Source: an uncultured Planctomycetales bacterium (GTDB taxonomy: Bacteria > Omnitrophota > Gorgyraeia > Gygaellales > Profunditerraquicolaceae). From it: DNA of 64,000 nt. Every line of letters starts with the position of its first letter. Positions within the stretch are counted from its first letter, which is position 1. The notes below the pieces were generated by a model. That model had not been told where the DNA came from and searched no databases. It saw only the letters and a program-made list of their open reading frames with translations. The DNA is taken from the NCBI GenBank assembly GCA_964545575.1, contig CAZJFL010000008.1, positions 18,171 to 82,170 of the forward strand. The letters are read 5' to 3'. A program made the position numbers and the translations under genes. Below are positions 57,089 to 64,000 of this stretch, piece by piece.

Positions 57089-59602
57089 ATGAAAAAATTC
57101 CTTACCATAATTATTCCCCTCACGCTGGTCCTGGCGGTAAATCTCTACTACCGCGCCTTCCCGGTTAATTTCCCGCAGTTAAAAGAGCAAGCCCAGAATA
57201 TCGCCGAAAGCAGGATCTATCAGGAGGCAGCCTTGGTGGTCGATAAAGGCTTTCCCGGTTATTATTCCTCTGCCCGCAACCAGCTGATCAGCGCTTTTGT
57301 TAAGCAGTATAAAAAAGATAAAAAAGCAGCGATAAAAAAGGAGATAGAAGAGACTTATGCTAAATTAAAGGATAATTATCAGGATCCCAGCGGCTCAACT
57401 TATCTGATGGAGCTGGATTGCTGGCACTTTGCAAGATATGTAGGTAATGTTTTACGGCACGGCTATCCCGGGGACAAGATTGTAAACGCCAAGCAATGGG
57501 ATACCTTTGTGTTTGCGCCTTCCGGGACAGCTCTTGCCTGGAATAGCTTCCTTTATTATCTTAGTGCCTTTCTTTATAAAATATTTTCTTTGTTTAAGAA
57601 TGTTACGTTATTCCATTTTTTATTTTATCTGCCGCTGTTTTTTATCCTTATTTTTATTACCCTCTTGTACCTATTTTGTTTTTACCGCTGGGGCAGCATC
57701 GCCGCCATAACCAGTTCTTTATTTATCGGCTTAGCCCCGATTTTTCTCTTTCGTAGTTGTGCCGGCTGGTTTGACAGCGATATCTTACAACTTGCCTTCC
57801 CTTTATTGATTGTCTGGGCGTACCTTAAGGCGCAGGAAGCAGAATCTTTAAAGTTAAGGTTATTGTGGCTTTGTTTTTGCGCCTTCTGGGTCGGCCTATT
57901 TTGTTTTACTTGGCTGAACTGGTGGTTTATCTTTTTAATTATCATATTATATGAAATATATTACCTGGTGAACGCCGCTTCTAATTACCTGCAATATAAA
58001 ATTAGCGATAGTCCGGCGCTGGAAAAACACTTCTTTAGTTTAACGGTTTTTATTTTCTTCTCTTTATTCTGGATTATCCTTTTTTGCGGTTTCCAGCCGC
58101 TATCCGCCCTGTATTCCCAGATCAGAGGAGCGTTGACTCTGAACGATTCTTTATTAACTAGTTCTATCTGGCCTAATGTTTATTCCACGGTAGGGGAATT
58201 AAGAAAAGCGCGGGTGGCAGATATTGCTGGTTCAATAGGAGGGATTGTTTTAATTATCGCCTCCCTGATTTCTATGCTGGCGCTCTTTCTTTATACCTTG
58301 CGCAAAAGAAAGGATGCGGCTGACCATGCTCTTATCCTGATTTTTGTCTTCTGGCTGTTGAGCATGTTTTTTGCATGCTTCAAGGGTGTGCGTTTCAGCA
58401 TGTTTTTACTGATACCCCTGGGCGTATCCTTAGGCTGGGCATTTGCCGAGGGCTACGGATATTTGCAAAAGAGACAGATGAAATTACGGCTTGCCATGGC
58501 GATACTGGTGATGATTAGTTTCGGGGTTAAGTTTCTAATGAATGCCGATTTATCCGCGCGCAGGATCTTTCCGCTGATCGATGATAGCTGGTATAGGGTA
58601 TTGACCACCATAAAGGAAACGACCCCAGAGGACGCGATCATTAATTCCTGGTGGGATTTCGGGGATTGGTTTAAGGTGATTGCCGGCCGCCGGGTTATTT
58701 TTGACGGCCAGAGCCAAAATAATCCTCAAGCTTACTGGATGGCGCGCGTTTTATTAGCGCATGATGAAAAAGAGGCAGTAAGGATTCTGCGCATGCTCAA
58801 TAACGGCGGTAATCGGGCCTTTGAGATCATCAACGCCCAACTTAAAGACCCCTACAGGTCTATTTTTTTGTTAGAGAAGCTGATTTTATCCGATGGGCAG
58901 ATTGCAAAAGAAAGTTTATTAAAATTAATGCCGCCAGCTCCGGCCGAAGAAGTATTAAAACTGCTTAATACTTTGCCCGCCAAGGCATATTTTATCGTTG
59001 ACTACACCATGCAGGATAAAATAACGCCGATTTCTTTTCTGGGGAACTGGGATTTTGCTAAAATCTACATCGCGGACAACCTGAACAGGAAAACAAAGGC
59101 CCAAATCGAGGATTATCTTGAGAGCCTGGGCATAGATGGCAAGTTGGTGCAGAAGCTTTATCAGGAAGCTTCGCTAATCTCTGCCGGCGATTCCGAAAAC
59201 TGGATTTCACGCCGCCTGAGTTTCTATAACCGGTTAGTCGGCGGCCGCCAGAAAGATAATACGGTATTTTTTGATAACGGCCTGGTTTATAATCTCAATG
59301 ACCAGAGGGCTTCTTTATATTCTTATAGAGACTATGGGTATAAGATACCATTTAGCCTATTTAGCGAAGAAGGCGGCAGGTTAAAAGAGATTCTTTATCC
59401 GGATAGTAACCTGGATTTTTCGGTTTTAGTCCTTCGGGATAAGGAGGGTTACCACTCTATTCTGTTAGACCGGGACTTAGCGCCAAGTTTGTTTGTGCGC
59501 TTGTATTTCTTAGGCGGGGAAGGCCTAAAACATTTTAAACTCTTTACAGAGGATAAAATCGGCAATAACTCTATCAGGGTTTTTGAAATCATATGGGAAT
59601 AG
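57089..59602 (+). CDS. Putative STT3/AglB/PglB-family oligosaccharyltransferase
   Basis: N-terminal multi-TM domain with ELDCWHFAR (cf. DPYFNYR, EL1), WFDSD (DxD), and TVGE (TIxE/SVSE-like, EL5). This is followed by INSWWDFGDW (the WWDYG motif) at the start of the soluble C-terminal domain, and by DYTMQDKI (DK-like motif). Confidence 0.55.
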   Translation: MKKFLTIIIPLTLVLAVNLYYRAFPVNFPQLKEQAQNIAESRIYQEAALVVDKGFPGYYSSARNQLISAFVKQYKKDKKAAIKKEIEETYAKLKDNYQDPSGSTYLMELDCWHFARYVGNVLRHGYPGDKIVNAKQWDTFVFAPSGTALAWNSFLYYLSAFLYKIFSLFKNVTLFHFLFYLPLFFILIFITLLYLFCFYRWGSIAAITSSLFIGLAPIFLFRSCAGWFDSDILQLAFPLLIVWAYLKAQEAESLKLRLLWLCFCAFWVGLFCFTWLNWWFIFLIIILYEIYYLVNAASNYLQYKISDSPALEKHFFSLTVFIFFSLFWIILFCGFQPLSALYSQIRGALTLNDSLLTSSIWPNVYSTVGELRKARVADIAGSIGGIVLIIASLISMLALFLYTLRKRKDAADHALILIFVFWLLSMFFACFKGVRFSMFLLIPLGVSLGWAFAEGYGYLQKRQMKLRLAMAILVMISFGVKFLMNADLSARRIFPLIDDSWYRVLTTIKETTPEDAIINSWWDFGDWFKVIAGRRVIFDGQSQNNPQAYWMARVLLAHDEKEAVRILRMLNNGGNRAFEIINAQLKDPYRSIFLLEKLILSDGQIAKESLLKLMPPAPAEEVLKLLNTLPAKAYFIVDYTMQDKITPISFLGNWDFAKIYIADNLNRKTKAQIEDYLESLGIDGKLVQKLYQEASLISAGDSENWISRRLSFYNRLVGGRQKDNTVFFDNGLVYNLNDQRASLYSYRDYGYKIPFSLFSEEGGRLKEILYPDSNLDFSVLVLRDKEGYHSILLDRDLAPSLFVRLYFLGGEGLKHFKLFTEDKIGNNSIRVFEIIWE

Positions 59603-60744
59603 AGAGAACGCAAGATATCGAAGTCTCGGTGGTGCTACCTTGTTTGAACGAAGAACAGGCAGTAGGCGCCTGCATTAAGAAGATTAAAGAAGTATTTGCC
59701 CGAGAGGGAATCAGGGGAGAAATTATTGTTGCCGATAACGGCTCAGTCGACCGCTCAAGGGAGATTGCCGAGAGAGAAGGGGCGAGGGTTGTATCCGAGC
59801 CGCAAAAGGGTTACGGCGCAGCGTATCTTGCGGGGTTAAAAGAAGCCAGAGGAAAATACATCGTCATTGCCGATAGCGATAACTCCTATGATTTTTATGA
59901 CATACCCAAGTTCCTGGTGCCATTAAAGGAAGATTATGATTTTGTGATCGGCTCAAGATTCAAGGGTAAAATCGAGAAAGGCGCGATGGCCTGGCCGCAC
60001 CGTTATATCGGCAATCCCGTTCTTTCCGGAATGACCAGGGTTTTTTTCCATACCCGCCTTTCGGATATTCATTGCGGAATGCGCGCCTTTACGGCTGAAG
60101 CATACCGTAAAATGGATTTGAAGAGCTTGGGCATGGAGTTTGCTACCGAAATGGTGGTGGCAGCTTTACAGAACGGTCTTAAGATACGCGAAGTTCCTAT
60201 TGATTATCATCTGCGCCGGGGTAAATCAAAACTGCTTCCGCTATCCGATGCCTGGCGGCATATCCGTTTTATGCTGCTTTATTCTCCGCTCTGGCTTTAT
60301 TTTATTCCGGGAATGTTGGGGTTCGGCTTAGGGATGTTCATTTTATTGTTGTCGGCCAAAGGCCCGTTCATGTTTTTGGGTCGTTCCTGGGACCTGCATG
60401 TCATGGTTTTTGCAAGTAGCCTCTGCATCCTTTCGTATCAAATCTTAAATCTCGGGGTGTATGCGCATTCATACGCTATTTCCCAGGGTTTTCTGAAAAG
60501 CGAGCCGTTGATGGCGTTTTTTCAGCGTCGCTTCAGCCTTGAGAAGGGCATTCTGCTGGGAGCGCTTTTTTTCTTGTCCGGACTGGTGATCAATATCGTT
60601 ATATTCATAGAATGGTTTTCCAATAGCTTCGGTCCGCTATACAGGATACGCGAGTCTATTTTGGCAATGACTTTTTTGGTTATCGGCCTGCAGACCATCT
60701 TTTCTTCTTTTTTTATCAGCCTTTTATTTTTAAGGAAGAGATAA
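59593..60744 (+). CDS. Polyprenol-phosphate glycosyltransferase (GT2, DPM1/GtrB/ArnC-like, C-terminal TM helices)
   Basis: VSVVLPCLNEE...IIVADNGSVDRS...DSD GT-A fold with a DxD motif, and four C-terminal TM helices as in GtrB. Confidence 0.75.
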   Translation: MGIERTQDIEVSVVLPCLNEEQAVGACIKKIKEVFAREGIRGEIIVADNGSVDRSREIAEREGARVVSEPQKGYGAAYLAGLKEARGKYIVIADSDNSYDFYDIPKFLVPLKEDYDFVIGSRFKGKIEKGAMAWPHRYIGNPVLSGMTRVFFHTRLSDIHCGMRAFTAEAYRKMDLKSLGMEFATEMVVAALQNGLKIREVPIDYHLRRGKSKLLPLSDAWRHIRFMLLYSPLWLYFIPGMLGFGLGMFILLLSAKGPFMFLGRSWDLHVMVFASSLCILSYQILNLGVYAHSYAISQGFLKSEPLMAFFQRRFSLEKGILLGALFFLSGLVINIVIFIEWFSNSFGPLYRIRESILAMTFLVIGLQTIFSSFFISLLFLRKR

Positions 60745-60762
60745 ATAAACCTTATTTCCGCA

Positions 60763-61902
60763 ATGATTTTACTCTTTTTGTTTTATTTATTTTTTATAGC
60801 GGGCCTTTTTTGGGCTTACGGCGGATACCTGTGTTCCATCATCGTCTTTTCTGCAATATTTAAAAAGAAAAATATCATCGATGAATCTTATACTCCCGCT
60901 GCGACGATAATCATACCTACCTACAACGAAGAAGTAGTTATCGCTAAGAAATTAGAGGATATTTTAAGCCAGGATTATCCTAAGGAAAAACTTCAGATCA
61001 TTGTAGTTGATAGCGGCTCGACAGATAAGACCAGGGAAATCGTAAGCAATTATTTCAGATACGGCATAGAATTGGTAGAACAGCCCGAAAGAGAAGGTAA
61101 GGGTGCGGCTATACAGCACGGATTAAATTTTGCCAAAAATGAAATAATAGTAGTTACGGATGCCAACTCGTATTTCCAGTCCGGTACCTTAAAATATTTG
61201 CTAAGAAATTTTTCTGACCCCCGGGTGGGAGGCGTAACAGGAAGGTATTTCGGCAAAAGCATTAAAGATAACGCGCAATCCAAGGGGGGCGGCATATTTA
61301 GGGAATACGAAAATATTTTACGCAAATTTGAGACACAGATCGATTCAGCGGTCAGCCTTTTCGGAGAAATTTTCTCTGCCAGAAGAGAGATTCTAGCCAT
61401 AGACCAAAGGAAATTAACCGAAGATTTCGACAGTTCGGTCTATATCAGGAAAAAGGGGTATAAATTAAGCTTTGAACCTGATGCTTCTGTCTATGAATAT
61501 CTGCCCTATACCGAAAAAGATATAGTCCTGCAAAGAAAAAAAGTAATTATCGGCACAATCCAGACTCTATTGAAATATAAGTCAATGCTGTTTAATCCCA
61601 AGTATGGATTCTATGGGCTGCTTATCCTGCCCGGGCATAAACTGGCCCAGATTTTAAGCCCTTTTTTCCTTACGGGTTTTTTAGCGCTTTCTTTGTTTTT
61701 CTGGAAAGCGTCCCTTTTAATAATTTTTTGCGCGTTAGTTTTTTTAAAAGCCGCTTTAATATTAATAAGGAAAAAAATCTCCATCTTAGGCCTGGTTAAA
61801 TATTTTACGCTGATAAATATTTGTTGTTTATCAGCCTGGAAGGATTATTTGCTGGGCCACTATACAGTAAAGTGTGAAAAGATGCAGGGTTCGCGCGCAT
61901 AA
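60763..61902 (+). CDS. Family 2 glycosyltransferase (membrane-embedded, synthase-like)
   Basis: TIIIPTYNEE...IIVVDSGSTDKT...VTDAN, with N- and C-terminal TM helices. Confidence 0.7.
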   Translation: MILLFLFYLFFIAGLFWAYGGYLCSIIVFSAIFKKKNIIDESYTPAATIIIPTYNEEVVIAKKLEDILSQDYPKEKLQIIVVDSGSTDKTREIVSNYFRYGIELVEQPEREGKGAAIQHGLNFAKNEIIVVTDANSYFQSGTLKYLLRNFSDPRVGGVTGRYFGKSIKDNAQSKGGGIFREYENILRKFETQIDSAVSLFGEIFSARREILAIDQRKLTEDFDSSVYIRKKGYKLSFEPDASVYEYLPYTEKDIVLQRKKVIIGTIQTLLKYKSMLFNPKYGFYGLLILPGHKLAQILSPFFLTGFLALSLFFWKASLLIIFCALVFLKAALILIRKKISILGLVKYFTLINICCLSAWKDYLLGHYTVKCEKMQGSRA

Positions 61903-61903
61903 T

Positions 61904-63061
61904 ATGAGAATCGGCATTGATGCCTTATCTGCGCTACCCGCCAGAAATGACGGGGTAGTGACTTATTTGCGCAATCTTCTTAAAGAGATTGCCCGGCTTG
62001 ATGAAAAGAATGAATATATTTTATTTGTCAGTAAAGAAAATAAGGGCATTTTTCTGCCGCAGGGGGGTAACTTTAAGGAAGTAATCTGTCCGATTAAGGC
62101 ATTGTCCAGGCCGTTGCGCATCTTCTGGGAACAGTTTATTCTGCCATTCCAGATTCATAATCAGCGGATAGATTTGCTTTTTTCTCCCGGCTATACCGCA
62201 CCCATTCTTTGCCAAAAACCATTAGTGCTTACCGTCTATGATACCTATCATTTCAGCTTTACGCGGAGCCTGCCTCAATTCGAATTATTTATCTGGAGGG
62301 TTTTAAATAGATTATCAATCAAAAGAGCAAAAAAGATAATCACGGTTTCCCGCAGTTCGGAAAAAGATATATTGAATATATTCGGGTTAGAAAAAAGCAA
62401 AGTATCAGTTATCTATGCGGCGGCAGATGAGTCATTCTGCTCTGGCCATGCTCAGGAAGATATTAGTGGAATAAAGAAAAAATACGGCATAAAAGATGAT
62501 TTTATCTTAAGCGTAGCCACGATGCGCCCTAATAAGAATATGCGCCGGCTTTTAGAAGCGTTCAATATCTTAAAGACGCGATACCATATTCCGCATCAGT
62601 TGGTATTAGCCGGCGCTATCAATCCGGGGGTTAAAATAAGCGGTAAGCAAGATGCCGTATTGACCGGACATGTCCCGGCGGCAGACCTTCCTTTGCTTTA
62701 CTCCGCGGCGTCGTTACTCGTGCTGCCCTCTATATTCGAAGGGTTCGGTCTGCCGGCTGTAGAGGCAATGTCATGCGGCACGCCCGTAGCTGCCTCCGGC
62801 GTCACCTCTTTACCAGAAATTATCCAAGACGCAGGATTGTTTTTTGATCCTTTTAATACCGAGGATATGGCGAAAACTATTTACAGGCTGTTAAGTGACG
62901 AAGCATTAAGAAAGCGGTTATCCGGGAAGGGCCTAGAAAGAGCAAAGCAATTTTCATGGGGGCAGGCCGCTCGTGAGACTTTAGGTATATTCAAGGAAGT
63001 TATTCAAATCTCCAGAAGGCAAGATAAACAACAGCCTATCATTAAATTCAGGATTAATTAA
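61904..63061 (+). CDS. Family 4 (GT-B) glycosyltransferase
   Basis: EGFGLPAVEAMSCGTPV is the E-x7-E region of GT4. The ORF track starts at a GTG at 61874, but MRIGIDAL is the typical N-terminus. Confidence 0.75.
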   Translation: MRIGIDALSALPARNDGVVTYLRNLLKEIARLDEKNEYILFVSKENKGIFLPQGGNFKEVICPIKALSRPLRIFWEQFILPFQIHNQRIDLLFSPGYTAPILCQKPLVLTVYDTYHFSFTRSLPQFELFIWRVLNRLSIKRAKKIITVSRSSEKDILNIFGLEKSKVSVIYAAADESFCSGHAQEDISGIKKKYGIKDDFILSVATMRPNKNMRRLLEAFNILKTRYHIPHQLVLAGAINPGVKISGKQDAVLTGHVPAADLPLLYSAASLLVLPSIFEGFGLPAVEAMSCGTPVAASGVTSLPEIIQDAGLFFDPFNTEDMAKTIYRLLSDEALRKRLSGKGLERAKQFSWGQAARETLGIFKEVIQISRRQDKQQPIIKFRIN

Positions 63062-64000
63062 ATGAAAGTTTTGCTCATAAATCCCAGCGGCGGCTATAAA
63101 CACGAATATCCTCCGCTCGGGCTGCTTTATATCGCCGCTGTATTAAAAAAATCCGGCCACGAAGTCCTCTTTTTCGATGAAGGAGTGGAATTTAAGAAAA
63201 AAAACAATTTATTGGATTATATCGGCCATTTTAAACCCGCTGCCTGCGGCATAGCTCTTTATACCACTAATCTGTATGAGGCTTTTAAGACAATAGGAAA
63301 TATCAAAAAGAAATATCCGGATTGCGTTATTTTTGTCGGAGGCCCCCACGCAACGGTGTTACCCGAGAAGACGCTGTCTGAATGCCCGGCTATAGATTTT
63401 TTGATCTGCGGCGAAGGCGAGAATACCACGGTAGAACTATTGGATAAAATAAGTAACGGAAACACCATTTCCGGGGTCAACGGTTTATATTACCGAGAAG
63501 GCGGCAATATAAAAAATACGCCTCCAAGGTTATTAATCGATAATCTGGATACCATCCCTTTTCCATCCTATGAATTAACGCGAGGGCTAAATTATAGATT
63601 TGATACTATCAGGGCCGGTAGAAAAGTCGCTACTATTATGACTTCCAGAGGCTGTCCTTATGAGTGCGTTTTTTGCGCCGCCAAGGCCGTATGGAAAAAA
63701 AGTTTTAGAAGGCGTAGCCCCGAGAACGTCGTCAAAGAAATCGCCTGGCTTACGCAAGAGTATGGTTATGATGAATTATATTTTATGGATGATCTGTTCG
63801 CCATAAACAGCAAATGGCTCGATGAGTTTTATTTATTAATGCGAGAATACAATATAAGGCTGCCATGGAAATGCTTAGGGCGCGTAGATTCATTGTCTTA
63901 TTCTGATTATGAGAGGATGGGTAAAAATGGGTGTTACGTTATACAGTTCGGCGTTGAATCCGGCGATAACAGGATACTCTGCGATATCAAGAAAAAAATA
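63062..64000 (+). CDS. B12-binding domain radical SAM protein (3'-truncated by window end)
   Basis: MKVLLINPSGGYKHEYPPLGLLYIAAVL cobalamin-binding domain, then SRGCPYECVFC radical SAM motif. Continues past position 64000. Confidence 0.7.
   Translation, partial: MKVLLINPSGGYKHEYPPLGLLYIAAVLKKSGHEVLFFDEGVEFKKKNNLLDYIGHFKPAACGIALYTTNLYEAFKTIGNIKKKYPDCVIFVGGPHATVLPEKTLSECPAIDFLICGEGENTTVELLDKISNGNTISGVNGLYYREGGNIKNTPPRLLIDNLDTIPFPSYELTRGLNYRFDTIRAGRKVATIMTSRGCPYECVFCAAKAVWKKSFRRRSPENVVKEIAWLTQEYGYDELYFMDDLFAINSKWLDEFYLLMREYNIRLPWKCLGRVDSLSYSDYERMGKNGCYVIQFGVESGDNRILCDIKKKI

Noticed and set aside
56888-57089. Integrated prophage or genomic island at tRNA-Ala
   Set aside because: No integrase, no direct repeat of the tRNA 3' end, and no phage genes downstream. 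The adjacent genes are glycosylation enzymes in the native orientation. The association with the tRNA is noted but does not support an integrative-element call.
1-64000. CRISPR array
   Set aside because: No regularly spaced direct repeats with unique spacers were seen anywhere. The only short repeats are the REP palindromes, the 40-nt hairpin motif and the 90-bp direct repeat, none with CRISPR periodicity.

Overview
The window is a 64-kb bacterial chromosomal segment of moderate GC content, about 90% coding, with nearly all genes on the + strand. Only four coding features lie on the - strand: a B12-binding radical SAM gene, ispH with a polyprenyl synthase, an IS200-like RAYT transposase, and a small exported protein. 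The encoded proteins are mostly divergent, which suggests an uncultivated lineage; no taxonomic assignment is made.

Content in order along the window:
- Lipoproteins and an array of small unrelated genes (flavoprotein, permuted papain-like protein, GYD, cupin, YjbQ). A conserved roughly 40-nt hairpin motif separates three of these genes.
- A CDF cation transporter, a nitroreductase, and a CheY-like response regulator bracketed by a roughly 90-bp direct repeat.
- A B12-binding radical SAM gene, a nitronate monooxygenase-like flavoprotein, a DEAD-box helicase, cyclophilin, an ABC-F ATPase and cspA.
- An EF-G gene carrying an unusual roughly 325-aa N-terminal extension (transmembrane segment, coiled coil, Pro/Glu-rich linker).
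- greA, ispH, a polyprenyl synthase, a polysaccharide deacetylase, a GT39/ArnT-like transferase and a membrane pyrophosphatase.
- A RAYT transposase flanked by GGGAC-type REP palindromes; further REP copies lie near the pilin genes.
- A module of ECF sigma factor, soluble anti-sigma factor and a membrane CHAT(caspase-like)-TPR protein.
- A BNR-repeat beta-propeller protein, a PilZ protein and a GC-rich non-coding island.
- A long co-directional run: trxA, split pta, ackA, panD, def, a Cys-rich small ORF, lipA, trxB, pckG, purC.
- A type IV pilus cluster: PilM-PilN fusion, pilO, pilP, pilQ, pilB, pilC and four pilin genes, two of them with Ser at -1.
- tRNA-Ala(CGC), immediately followed by a putative N-glycosylation-like locus: an STT3/AglB/PglB-like oligosaccharyltransferase, a polyprenol-phosphate GT2, a second GT2, a GT4 and a B12-binding radical SAM gene.

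The findings judged most interesting are the oligosaccharyltransferase locus, the sigma/anti-sigma/CHAT-TPR module, the membrane-anchored EF-G fusion, the RAYT/REP family, and the repeated hairpin regulatory motif.
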